A DNA stretch of 63,509 bases, the filler included, from Folioceros fuciformis (taxonomy: Eukaryota): NCBI GenBank assembly GCA_049999805.1. It is 9 parts of 9 records of this genome, joined end to end, with 100 filler letters (N's around TTAATTAATTAA, not from the genome) between each part and the next. Parts side by side here need not be neighbours in the genome. Positions count along the whole stretch, not along the records: positions 8,738 to 15,149 come from JBNGIO010002895.1; positions 15,250 to 21,240 come from JBNGIO010002896.1; positions 21,341 to 27,489 come from JBNGIO010002897.1; 6 more parts are not named here. One strand, written 5' to 3'. The notes below the pieces were generated by a model. That model was given only the letters and a program-made list of their open reading frames with translations. It ran no database searches and was not told where the DNA came from. The position numbers and the translations under genes are program-made. Shown here piece by piece: positions 13,014 to 25,500 of this stretch (its first letter is position 1; every line of letters begins with the position of its first letter).

Positions 13014-14155
13014 CTTTCACCAAAGAACATACAAGAGGGCTGACACGGACTATGACGCAAAGAACGATGACACAAGAGTGAAGCCAACTAGACACAACCT
13101 TGACCCCAAATACTTAGAGTTGCATAGGGGAAAACTAAACAAAGATACACACCGTGTGTTCTTTGACGTGCCAGTTAGTAGTAGTTCTAACTCTGACAGT
13201 GACTTTGTGTCTGCGGCCTTCTAGGTCTAGTCCATGAATTGCTCTCAATGACAGTGACAGTCAGGACGTACCTTTCACTTTACTTGGAAAGGTAAGAGGA
13301 GTCCAAGACTCCTAAAGCTTCTTTAAGCTAATGATGTTTACCTTTAGGTAGAGCTTTTGTTAACACATCTGCCGCATTTGAGTCTGTAGGGACATACTCC
13401 AAATGTATCTGGCCTGAGGATACAACTCCACGAATGAAGTGATGATGCACTTCAATATATTTAGTCCTCGCATAGAATACAAGATTTTCTGCGAGTGATA
13501 GGGCTCTAGTGCTGTCACAATAAATTGTTGTGGGCTATGTCTGCTCCTGGCCTAAGTCCTCAAGAAGCCTTCGTAGCCAGATTACTTCTTTGGCTGCTTG
13601 AGTTAGAGCATAATACTTTGACTCTGTGGACGATAACGAAACTATGGTTTGTTTCTTAGATGACCAGGTAACTGCTCCTCCAGCCAACAGGAATGCATAC
13701 GACGAAACTGATTTCTAGGAGTCTGGATTTGCTGCCCAATCAGCATCACAGTACCCTACCAAGATAAGTGACTCACCTTCGTACTACAGCTTCGTGTAAT
13801 GTATGCCATGACTGCTGGTCCTTTAAGATACCTCAATATCCGTTTCACTGCAGTCCAGTGAGTCCTTCCAGGCTATTTAAGAAATTGAGAAGTCATACGA
13901 ACAGGCAGTGATATATCTAGCCTTGTCTGATTTGAACAGAATATGAGCGACCCAACAGCCTGAGAGTAAGGCACACTTTCCATCTCCAGCTTTTTAGAAT
14001 CAATAATGGGAGAATGCTCAGCAGTAAGCCTACTACTTGCTTCCATTGGAGTTGAGGCAGGTTTAGCAGCTATCAACTTACACTTCAACAACATATTGTG
14101 AATATATTTCTTGGTGAATAATCAAAGTGCCACTTGATGTATCTTGCAAGAGTTG
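13014..14155 (-). mobile_element. Ty1/copia RT C-terminus and RNase H fragment
   Basis: Minus strand encodes PYSQAVGSL, GYCDADWA, WSSKKQ, IYCDS, RTKYIEVHHHF, ADVLTKAL. Confidence 0.9.
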
Positions 14156-15149
14156 TGTGGAGTGGTTTCTTGTACCCAAGAACCACCAAAGGGCCACACT
14201 TTCCCTTATTATCGTTGCAGTCTTATGATTTGCTCCCAAGGGAGTGAACTAGTGCCAAGGATACCTATAATTTCCTACACTCACTTCTACCTATCAGCCG
14301 GTCTCTAGGCCTGACCGCACTCTAGCAAAAGGGTCAGAATCCTAGCCTATCTTCAGCTCAATCCACAAATCTGATGCTCCAGCACTTCAATGCTTCAGCC
14401 CTTCATGATATCCACTTCAGTCCGTCACTTCTTCACTTCAGCCATTCACCCTTTACTTTAGCTCACACTCTTTGTGGGGTTAAAATATGGTACCCGGGGG
14501 TACCGCGAGGTCCACACAAGCCCTCTATGTCGTTGTAGCTCTGGGATTTGATCCCAAGGGAATGATTTGTGTTAAACTACACAGGTTAGCTTCTAAAGTC
14601 AATTAGCACTTAAAGCTCGATTGACCCACGCACACACGTCCAGTGCTCGGACCTTATCAAGCCCCCTTACTTCCCCACCGGACGACCCCTCAACCACCCG
14701 GTCGCCCCAAGGGCTACCTTCTCCTAGACTACCCTTGGTTGCCCACTGGGCTACCTCTGTTGCCTTTCGGGCGACGATCGCCTGACGGTCTACAGCTCGT
14801 GAGTCCCATTCTCTCTCTCTCTGTCTCTTAGTTCCCGCTCTCTAGGATTTTCTCTTCCACCAGGGTCATCCCTACCCGACTGATTACCTCCCGCCCACGC
14901 ATCCTCTTTGGCGCTTCCCTTCCTTGGTTCACCGCAAACCGTCTCACTCACCTCAGAAACAAGCGCACGCACACATGAACAGCAACAATCTGTTAGACGC
15001 CTTCCACCCGCGTGATCTTCCACCTTAGATACGCCCCGGCGGTCTCCATTCAGTTTCTTCATAGTCTCTCCAGTCTCATCGCGACCAGTCACTCATACAC
15101 ACCACGTCTCGTGCACCCCACACACATTACACACCTCGCCTCCGGGGTC
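14156..15149 (+). mobile_element. Two nested long-LTR starts (TGTGGAGTG at 14156; TGTGGGGTT at 14473)
   Basis: 14156 onward matches the start of the solo LTR at 23525. The end near 15108-15147 recurs at ~58229-58268. Confidence 0.65.
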
Positions 15150-15417
15150 NNNNNNNNNNNNNNNNNNNNNNNNNNNNNNNNNNNNNNNNNNNNTTAATTA
15201 ATTAANNNNNNNNNNNNNNNNNNNNNNNNNNNNNNNNNNNNNNNNNNNNAGCTCAAATTTAGGGGGTCAGCTAGTTTGTGACGAGGAACCTGAACAACAA
15301 GGGTCTCTCTATTCACAGCAACCATTTGTGAGGTCACAGCAAACACATCCAGGGTTTGCTGGGTCTGTCCTTGGTGTAGGGCAAGGCCAGGGTGACTTGT
15401 CTGAAGGGTCAGACACC

Positions 15418-15881
15418 ATGGAGGGTGGTTCATCAGGGTTTAGGCCTGAGAAATTCTCAGGCAGACCAAGCACCCAATCCTTAAGGGACTTTCGCTTGTT
15501 CATCAATGCAGTCATCAGCAGGGTGAAGTTCAAGCATGGTGCTGCCTACAACCACCAGTACATGTTTGAACAGTTATCCAACTACTTAGCAGATGAGGCA
15601 TTGGATTTGTACGAGGTTCACCAGGCTGATCTATCGGGCACAATTGCCACTCCTAACCCAGCCCATCACTCGGCTCTACAGTTGGCATATAATGCCAAAC
15701 TGGCAGCAGCCATTAACGACCATCAGGCGGAGATTGTAGCCAAGACCATCTCCGCCACCACACCACCTCCAACGGTGGTGAATTTGACACTAGCAGAGCA
15801 GGCTACTGCCACAGCTGGTGTGCAAGAGTTTCTACACACTTGCAAGTACCTGAACCCAGTGGAGGAGTTCCTAGCTATTTT
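15418..15881 (+). mobile_element. Retrotransposon Gag-like fragment (probably Ty3/gypsy type), cut by a gap
   Basis: FRPEKFSG...LRDFRLFINAV...LSNYLADEALDLY resembles a capsid N-terminus. After the gap, 15982-16191 resembles the long LTR at ~24165-24360. Confidence 0.5.
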
Positions 15882-16437
15882 NNNNNNNNNNNNNNNNNNN
15901 NNNNNNNNNNNNNNNNNNNNNNNNNNNNNNNNNNNNNNNNNNNNNNNNNNNNNNNNNNNNNNNNNNNNNNNNNNNNNNNNNCCAACCAGCATGCAAGAAA
16001 GGTCAGCCCTTGCGGATCTAGCCACCCAAATCTCAGCAATTTTGGGAGCCGCCACGTTCCCCTAGTGGGATGGGGAATCAAGGCCAAGGTGCATTTGCAC
16101 ACTGGATTAACCCTCTAACCCAGCAGCCTGCACACAAGGTCAAGGGAGCTCTCACCAAAAAAACCTCTCCCCTCAATAACAGGCCTGGCCTTGTTGATAA
16201 ATTGAATTGCGTGTATTACCACATATACACACAATTGCTAAAAGCAAAGTATATAATTTTTGGAACCTGATGTGTCTTATATACAATATATCAAGAGTCA
16301 CGACTGTTCATTAATCTCTCATAATCCTAACTAGCTAACATAAGCTACGTTTATATGTATGTAACCCTAACGAGGGGTTTTACTTCAAACACGCCCCCTT
16401 AAACGGAGCGCACTGTTAGCGTGGCGAAGTTGCAGCC

Positions 16438-16752
16438 ATGACGGGATTCTTCAGCCTGAGTCTCGCAGTCTGTGCAATCGTGATTGCTGTGTCCCTCCTG
16501 TATCAACACATAAGAGAACAACAGAGAAGGCGCAGAAAGAGAGCGGGCTGCACCACCTATCAGCTGCCTGTAAGCAGCTGGAGTGAAATAACGACGGACC
16601 AGACATGGCGTCTCGCAGGCTGGGAGTGTCGACTGTGGATTGCATTTTCGGCGAAGAGAGTGCCTGAAAGGCGCCAGCAACTGACTGAAGAAAAGGTGCT
16701 GGCAGAGCAACTGAAAAGAGCAGGCGCCTGTCCACTTCTGCCTGAAAAGTGA
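16438..16752 (+). CDS. Antisense ORF in the copia 3' region; 104-aa putative single-pass membrane protein
   Basis: Open ORF, ATG 47 nt from the LTR in context GCAGCCATG. Hydrophobic FFSLSLAVCAIVIAVSLLY is followed by the basic stretch RRRRKR. Confidence 0.55.
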   Translation: MTGFFSLSLAVCAIVIAVSLLYQHIREQQRRRRKRAGCTTYQLPVSSWSEITTDQTWRLAGWECRLWIAFSAKRVPERRQQLTEEKVLAEQLKRAGACPLLPEK

Positions 16753-16831
16753 CCATAGGCACCATAAGCTGCAGTATGCGATTAGGACTGGACTGTGGAG
16801 CTTCATCCGCATCAGCTGTGGCTTGGATATG

Positions 16832-19800
16832 TCAGGATTGAGACGGAGAACATGGTGCAACACCCATCGCCTCCATGAATTGATAATGTTTACTCGCGGG
16901 CAGGTACTTGGTCAACAAGTCTGCAGTGTTGTAATATGTTGAGACATGCTGAAGTCGCACCACCTTCTGTTCCACTTGTTGACGAATAAAATGATGCTGC
17001 ACCTCGATGTGCTTTGTTCGGGCATGGAAACGCGGGTTTGCTGTCATACTGATAGTGGAAACATTGTCGCAGTGGATAAGAGTGGGCTTCAGCTGTGGAA
17101 AACCAAGACCCTGCAGGAAGGCACGCTCCCAAATTGCTTCTTTGGCAGCTTCAGTTAGGGCTTTGTACTCTGCCTCAGTAGAGGACAGAGAAACGGAAGC
17201 CTGCTTCTTTGAGCTCCAGTGAACAACAGCATTTGAGAGAATGAAACAGTAGGCTGATATGCTTCGTCTGGCGTCAGGGTTTGTTGCCCAATCAGCATCG
17301 GCATAACCACACACGGTAGGTGTTGTATCTCGCCCCCTGAAGCATAAGCCGTGATTCATTGTGCCTTTAAGATAGCGCAAGATACGCTTGACGGCTGCCC
17401 AGTGAACTTGGCCAGGATTGTCAAGGAACTGGGAAACCGAGCTAACAGCGTATTGAATATCAGGGCGGGTCCAACAGCTGATGTAATTCAGACAGCCAAC
17501 AGCGTGACGATATGGAAACTGAGACATAGCCTGGCGCTCATTATCATCTTGTGGACAGTCATCAGCAGAAAGCTTGAGACCTGGAACACCAGGGGTGGAA
17601 ACGGGCTTGGCAGAATCAAGGTGAAAACGGCAGAGAGTTTCGGCAATATATTTGCTTTGGTGAAGCATGAGAGTCTGATCCTCCAAGTTGCGGACAAGTT
17701 GAACCCCAAGAACAAAGGTAAGAGGGCCGATGTCCTTCATGTCAAACTGTTGGTGCAGCATGCCCTTGACCCAGGCAAGTAACTCAGAGTTGTTTGATGC
17801 CAGAATAGCGTCATCAACGTACAAGGCCAGTATGACGAGATGACCTCCTTTGGTATATATATACACGTTGGCATCACCAGGGTTCTGCACGAAACCAATG
17901 GACTGCAAATACTTGTCGATGGTTTTGTACCATTCCCGGGCGGATTGCTTAAGACCGTAAATGGTCTTCTTTAAACGGCACACCCAGGTAGGATGGTCTG
18001 GAGCAATAAAACCTTCAGGTTGCTGCATATAGATGTCCTCGTCAAGCTCACCGTACAGAAAGGCGGTACACACGTCCATCTGTTGCAAGTCCCAAGCATT
18101 GGCAGCGGCGAGGGCAAGTATCATTCGGATGGACTGGGTTTTGACGACAGGACTGAAGGTTTCTTGAAAGTCAACACCGGGAATCTGAGTAAAACCCCGA
18201 GCCACAAGACGGGATTTGTATCTAGCAATCTCCCCTTTTTCATTCAGTTTATGCTTGAAAACCCACTTACAACTGACAGTTTTGCGGCCAACAGGCAGAG
18301 GACAGAGATCCCAGGTACCATTCTTGATAAGCGAGTCATACTCATCCTTGATGGATGGAATCCAGTGTGCTTTGTCTGGGCCAGTAACAGCTTCAGTGTA
18401 AGTGCGGGGCTCAGGCTTGAGAAAAGGAAACTCAGAGTTATTAGTCTTGAGAGACATGCCAGCCCTAGGACGCCGATAGTCCACAGACTGATACGGAGGC
18501 TCCTTCCAGTGAGCAGGGGGCACTCTCTCACGAGTGGGGTACCGGTGTTCAGGTGGAGGAGCAGGAAGGGGTACCTCATCATCATCAGTCACAGCAAGTT
18601 CTGGTAAAAGGTCACTGTCAGCTGAGTCGTCTGAGTGATGAGAAGCAACATCCTGCAAATCTGCTGACCCGGGAATTGACACGTCTCCTGCAGAAGCTGG
18701 ATTCGCTTGATTTGCTGCAACGGAGCCAGTGTCGGTGGCAGGAATAACGTCAGGGACACCGGCAGCAGCAGTAGGAGCAACGGGTTGTGCCACTGGAAAC
18801 TGCAAGAGACCAGGGTCAGGCAAAACAACTGGTTGGACCACTGAGCTAACATCAATAAAATCATCCTGGGGGAACTCAGACAGGTCCTCTTCTGCACTGG
18901 CATCTGCATCGGTAAGATTCGCTGGTACAGAAAGTGTTGATTCAAAATAAGGTTTGGCAGGACTGATGAGTTCTCGAAAGGTAACACTCCTAGCGAATTG
19001 TGCTGACTGGGTGAGTGAATCATACAACTTGTAAGCTTTCGCTTCTTCACCATACCCAACAAACAGCAGGGGTTTAGCCCGTGCATCTAACTTTCTTCGC
19101 TTTTCAGCAGGGATATATGCATAAGCAGGAGAGCCAAATACTCGAAGATGAAGTAAACTCGGCTTCCTTTGCCATATAACCTCATAAGGTGTTTTGCCAT
19201 CCACAGCACTTGTCAAGAGACGATTAAGGATGTAAGTCGCAGTCACCACTGCTTCTGCCCAGAATGCTTTGCTGAGACCTGACCATTCCAGCATGCTGCG
19301 CGTCATGCCTAACAGGGTCTGGTTGCGGCGCTCAGCAACGCCATTCTGCTGCTGGGTATAAGGGACTATGAGCTGACGGACAATCCCTCGGTCAAGAAGA
19401 AACTGGTTAAAGTTGCCATGTGTAAATTCTGTACCATTATCTGAACGCAAGCACTTCAGCTGGCGACCTGTTTGTTTCTGAACCATCTGCAGCCATTCCT
19501 GGAAGAAAGCAAAGGTGTCTGACTTCAAACGCATCGGGTAGGTCCATGAATACCTACTGAAGTCATCTGTGAGTGTAAGATAATACAAGGCACCACCTAG
19601 AGAAGGTATGTGAATCTTCCCAGAGATGTCTGCGTGCACGAGGTCCAGAATCTGAGAAGCTCTATATGCTGTCTGTTTGGGAAAGGGCACTTCCTTTTGC
19701 TTTGCTATCACACAAGCATCGCACAAAGGCAAGTCCTTGAAACATTTGGGCAGTGGTTCCCTGTAACAGGTTAGGTTGGACATCTTGATGAGCTTATCCC

Positions 19801-21217
19801 GATTGGCATGTCCTAGACGTGCGTGCCAGAGACTGGCTTGAGCAGCTTGGGTGGACAGAGTGACATTGGCAGTGTCCACAGGTATGGCTTTTAAATCAAG
19901 TTGATATAAATCGTGCACTAAGTGTCCTGTAGCAACTACCTTACCTCTCTCCCCTCTCTTCATAAGCTCACAGCGTGAAGAAGTGAAGAGCAGATCGAAA
20001 GTGCGTAAGGACATAAGTTGGCTAACAGAAAGCAGATGTTTAGCCATGCGGGGCACGTACAGGACGTTATCCAAGTGAAGGATGGAACCATCATGCAATA
20101 TAAAGCGACAGGACCCAGAGCCTTCAATCTGCAGACCTGTACGGGTAAGTTCATCACCCAAAAGCACTTTATCTGAAGTGGTAGATGACTGAAAATTGCT
20201 GATCAGGGACTTATCTTTGCAAATATGAGATGTAGCTCCTGAATCTAAATACCAGCACTGTGGGGAAGGATGTGCAGAAGACACAAGACAGACTGTCATG
20301 ACGACAGGTGGTTTACTTGTGATCAACTGAGAAAGCCGATCCTTGGCAGCCAAGTGTGCCTCAGCCTGTTTCAAAGGCTTCTCAGCTTTACGAGGCTCGC
20401 CAGATTTTTTCTTCCGACATTCTCTCTCCCAGTGGCCCTGTATACCACACCAGTTACAGGCGCCAGTACGTTTCACAGAAATGGTCTTCGAAGAACCTGC
20501 ACCTCCACTCGAGGTAGGTTTCCTCCGGTTTTGCTTTACTTGAGTCGAAAGGACCTTGTCTGTCCTGGTTCGTCCACCATGTAAAGTAGAAGTAGCCCTG
20601 CTTTGTTCTTCCTGTAGCAAGGCGCCAATAACATCAGCCAGGTTGATGTTGGTAGGCTGACCTGCGGCCCGAGCAGCATCAGCAGCGCGAACTGTGGCAC
20701 CGTAGCTGGAGACGAAAGTCTAATAGCTGGGGGGCAGACTCGTCAACAACTGACTAACTGCATCAAGCTCCGAGAATTGAGAACCCAAGTTGATGAGTTG
20801 GGCACGAAGGTGGCGAAAACGGATGACAAAAGGGGACACCTTTTCACCCTCCTTAAGACGCAGAGAGAAGAGCTCTCCTCGAACGGCACACATGGTAAGA
20901 ATATTTTTGGCTTCATAAGTCTGAGTCAGGAGAGTCCAAATCTCGTCAGCCTTGGTGAGGAAGGCAACATCTGCAAGCAGTGTCTCATCCAGTCCGCTAA
21001 TTAAGACGGCGCGAGCGACATAATTCAGGTTTGCCCATTTGTCCTTTTCCTCCTGTGTGGCAGATTGTGGAGGTTCCTTAAGCGTGCCACTAACAACTCC
21101 CCAAACGTGTCTCGCTTGCAGGGCAGCTGTCATGCGCACCTTCCAACCTTCGAATTTCATCCCATTAAATCGATCCCGCTCCTTGAACTCAACAGAGTAG
21201 GATGGCTGAGGAATCAC
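16832..21217 (-). CDS. Copia Gag-Pol polyprotein with one in-frame TAG at 20720-20722
   Basis: The 165-aa gag and 1262-aa ORFs share one frame. Motifs: CNWCGIQGHWEREC, WYLDSGA, WHARLGH, RSDNGTEF, NGVAERRN, YVDD, ADADWA, TKHIEV. Confidence 0.93.
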
Positions 21218-21861
21218 AGGTACGGCAGGGAGCGGGAGGGNNNNNNNNNNNNNNNNNNNNNNNNNNNNNNNNNNNNNNNNNNNNTTAATTAATTAANNNN
21301 NNNNNNNNNNNNNNNNNNNNNNNNNNNNNNNNNNNNNNNNGGGAGAAAGGGGGAGGGGGATGGAGGCGGCCGCAACCCCTACCTCTAGCCCTAGCTAGGG
21401 CACGGCCTCCATGACCGTTCAGGCTAGCCAGGCAATCAGCCAGCCTGACGTCAGACCCTGACACTAACATACCCCACATATTCCCGTTCCTATGTTCAGA
21501 CCATTATTTTATTATTTTCCATATTCTATTATTATTATTATTATTATTTAATCATTTAATAATTATATACCTTTAATTAATATTAAACTAATCACCAGAC
21601 CTAGACTCAAACTTTCCCAACCCTATGGCCCGGTACCGCACCTAAACTTTCCCAGGTCTGGGACCAAACCTATACCCACTCTAATAACCAAACCAACTAT
21701 TTCCTGGTTAATTAACCTAATTAGCACAAAGAAAAATAGGAAAAATGACCAGAAAATAAATAAAAATTAGGGAAAATAAGTAGAAAAAGAAAACCAGACC
21801 ATACCACTATTAACACTTTTTCAGCCAAAACAAACCTCTACCCCAAACTTTGGAGGTTCAC

Positions 21862-22510
21862 ACCAGTGCGTTCTCCCAGGGCAATCTAGGAACTGTGATA
21901 CGGTGCTAACTGAGTATTAGATATCAAGCCTGGTCCAGTTGGCAACGAAGATCAAGCTACTGACGATGTGTCTGTAAGGTGCGCCTTCCATATCTTTCAG
22001 TTCATCAGCTATCTATGGGCTCTGTTGGCGAGTAAGCTTAGTGCCCACGGCGTAGGGTGTGGTGGCGGGTCTGGCTTGGTCGAGATGGAATTTTTGTAGG
22101 ATCTCACTGATGTACTTGCTTTGGTGGATGTACACTATCCCAGCATCTCGTGCGCGTAGGAGTTGAATGCCTAGGCAGTACTTCAATTCTCCGATATCCT
22201 TCATGTCAAACCTCTTGTGTAGTTGTGCCTTCACTTCTGCTAACAGTGTGTGGTCGTTTGTGGCAAGTATCAAGTCGTTCATCTACAAGGCGAGTAGCAC
22301 GACCGAGGATCCGACCACCAGCCTGTACACATTGGTATCTGCAGTGTTCTGAATGAAGTTAATACTCAGCAAGTACTCGTGCATGGTGAGGTACCACACT
22401 CTCCCACTCTGCTTCAACTCGTAGATACACTTCAGTAGCCTTAACACTTTGTGTGGATGTGTAGGGTCTTGGTAGGCCTCGGGCTGGGTCATATACAGTT
22501 CCTCGTCGAG
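21862..22510 (-). mobile_element. Copia RT fragment
   Basis: LDEELYMTQPE, IYELKQSGRVW, FDMKDIGEL. Flanked by other insertions. Confidence 0.88.
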
Positions 22511-25500
22511 GACTAACGCTGTACGGCGCGTAGGGCATAGGTAGATCAAGAGCATAAAGAATGATTGATTAGAGCTCACGCGAGCGGTGCGTTCAAGGCC
22601 GGCAGGCCTATCCAGACGACGGGACATGACCACTGCCCTAACCGACACAACTGGTGTCGGTTACGTGGTGACGGTTAGCTAGGTTTTTAGCATGCGGCTA
22701 CTTAAATGAATTAAGGGCTAAACCCTATATGCCCGCGACACTCCCTCTTAGACGCTTGTGTTTGACCTAGCCTGCACTCGCCACTCGCCTTCGTTTACTG
22801 CTCACTGCAAATTATGATGTTGCTCTTGATTTTTTTTTGTTTTTTTTTTGTGCTCGGTGTTGAGCCTTGCACTCCGGACACTCCTCGATCTCAGATGCTT
22901 GGCTTGCGTTCAAAACTGCAGATGTTGCAATCCAGTCCTCTTTTCCCTCAAATGCGGATTGCCTCAAGAGTGTTGGCGGCGGAGACTGGAAGCCTACACA
23001 GGTAGGCCCTGCAGCCCAGTATCTTGACGACGAAACCTCAAACCAGCAGAAGTGCTGACTGGTTGTCGCAAAATACTGGAGTGGGTTCTGTCTGCTCCTA
23101 GGATATGTTTGCCAGAAGCCTGCGGCTGGCTACTGCCTCCTTTCAGCTTTCTGCTGCTGCTCCATACTCCGCCTCCGTTGTGGAGGTACTCACAAATGTT
23201 TGCTTCTTTGATTGCCATGAGATTGCAGCACCTGCGAACAGGAAGCAGTAAGCTGACATCGACCGCCTTATATCTGGGTCCCCACCCCAGTCTGCATCCG
23301 TGTATCCTTGTAGGAAGAGCTTCTTCACAATCGTGTCTTTCCAATAGCACAGTCCTAGATTTCTTGTGCCCTTGAGATAACGCATAACTCTTTTCCCTGC
23401 TGTCCAGTGAGCTGTGCCAGGGTTCTCCACAAACTGGGAGAGGGAGCCACATGCCTGGCTGAGGTCAAACCGTGTTTTGGTCGACAAATACAACGCAAAC
23501 CCCACAAATTTCCAGTAAGGAACATGTGGAGTGATTTCTTGCACACCCAAGAACCACCAAGGGGCCACACTTCCCCATATTATCGTTGTAGTCTTATGAT
23601 TCGCTCCCAAGGGAGTGAACTAATGTCAAGGTTACTTACATCTCCCTAATCTCACCCTATCTATCAGCATATACCAAATGCTACAGCAATAGGTTAGAAT
23701 TCTCGGTCCTGTCTTCGGCTCCTACCACAACACCAACCCCAGCCTCAACAAAATGAGAACTCCAGCATTGTCTTTAGCCCTTGTTTCCAAGTCCAAGTAT
23801 CAATCACTTCAGTGCTGAGAGGAGGCTCCAGCCCCAAGTCTGGCCTCCAACTCTCAGCACCTAGTGCTAGCTATCTCCGCAGCTGAACGAGAACCTCAAC
23901 TTCAGCACTTCACCCCAGCATTTCAGTCCTTCACTTCAGCACTTCAGCACTTCACTTCACCCTCCAGCCCCTCACTTCAGCCTCCAGCCCCTCACTTCAG
24001 CTCAACTCCTCACTTCAACACTTCCACTTCCAAAATCTGCAACTCCACCCTTCTCTCCTGCAATTTGGAACACAATAGCCTTCCCTCTTGCAACCTTCCC
24101 TTCAAGGCAGAGGTGAGGCCTAGGGCTGGGTAGCCTCCTTGGCTCACGGCCCTGCAACCTCACCTCAACCAGCATGCAAGGTGGTCAGCCATTGCGGATC
24201 CGGCCACACGAATCTTGGCAGTCTTGGGATCCTCCACGTTCCCCTAGTGGCAAGGGAAATCAAGACCTTGGTTTAGCCTCAACCAGCTCAGCGCCCTAAG
24301 CCAGGAGTTCTGCACCCAAGGTCCAAGGAAATCACACCGTAGACAGCCCCCTCCTCAATGGCAGGTCTAGCATCTTATACTACCTTGGCCCAAACCTCCA
24401 TCTCTATCTATTAGGGTTAGCCTCAGTCAACCACCCAGCAATCTCTCTCTGACCTAAGCCGGCCTTAATTCTGACCTTAACCTAACTCTAACCTAACCCT
24501 AACTTTGACCAAAACCTAGTTCTGACATGAAAGGGGTTGTGTCCCATGGACACCACTGGGTGCCCTTACCAAAATTGACCAACCTCTCAAGACTACCAAA
24601 ATGGTCAGTGCCTCTCAACCCTCTCCCTCCTCTCTCAAATCATTCCAGCAACCCTTCAAAGACACATCTCGCCTCACCATCAATCTAGCTACTAATCTAA
24701 CCTAATCTTTTAACTATTTCACCATAGGGTTCACTTAGAGATTCCCAAAAAGAGAAATCCTACCATTTTCCAAGGACCTATTCAGCATGTGGAGTCCACA
24801 GAACAGCTTGCATTTCAGCCTTTTCTGCATCAGTCTCTGGACTGTCCAGCTTCGACAATCGCGCGCCGGCAGCCAGTGGGGTACTCACAGGTTTAGCATC
24901 CTCCATATTGAAAGTCTTGAGCATCAGGTCGATGTAGTGTGCCTGATGCAGGAGTACTGCCCCTTTTGCAGGTACAAGCAAGATTTGAACCCCCAGGAAA
25001 AATCGTATGACTCCCAGGTCTGTCATTTCAAATGCTTTCGTAGTAGACCTTTTACTCTCACTAGCATGTCTCTAGGACTATTGGTGATCAGCAATGCATC
25101 ATCTACGTATAGACCTAAAATGACAAAGTTGTCATTGTCTATGCAGAGATACACATTCGTGTCTGCATCACTCTCCTTGAACCCCAAGGACTTAAGGAAA
25201 GTACTGAACCTTTGGAACCATGCCCTCGGAGCTTGCTTTAGACCATAGATGGTTTTAATTAATTTGCAAGCATGGTTAGGATGCTTTTTATCTACGTATC
25301 CCTCAGGTTGCTGCATGTAAACATCTTCCTCTAATTCTCGATGCAGGAACGCTGTTTTCACATCCATGTGATGCACTGTGAGATCATTATGAGCTACAAA
25401 GGACATGAGTACGCGGATTGAGGTAAACCTGACCACAGGGGAGAAAGTATCCTGATAGTCCAGGCCTGGTCATTGAGAGAAACCTCGAGCCACCAGCCTA

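Larger units (their letters stand above)
16192..21240 (-). mobile_element. Near-intact Ty1/copia element (3' LTR 16192-16391, PPT 16392-16400); 5' end lost in the gap
   Basis: 200-bp TG...CA LTR, PPT TTAAGGGGGCG, complete pol domain order PR-INT-RT-RH. Confidence 0.96.

Noticed and set aside
15328-16065. 245-aa ORF
   Set aside because: It spans an N gap, and the part after the gap is LTR-like sequence.
16399-16863. Sense env-like ORF after pol (154 aa)
   Set aside because: It has a non-ATG start overlapping pol and no counterpart in the other copies; it is likely the shadow of the antisense ORF. Not fully excluded.
22814-23005. Another antisense TM ORF (MMLLLIFFCFFFVL)
   Set aside because: The hydrophobicity comes from T homopolymers, and there is no similarity to the conserved family.
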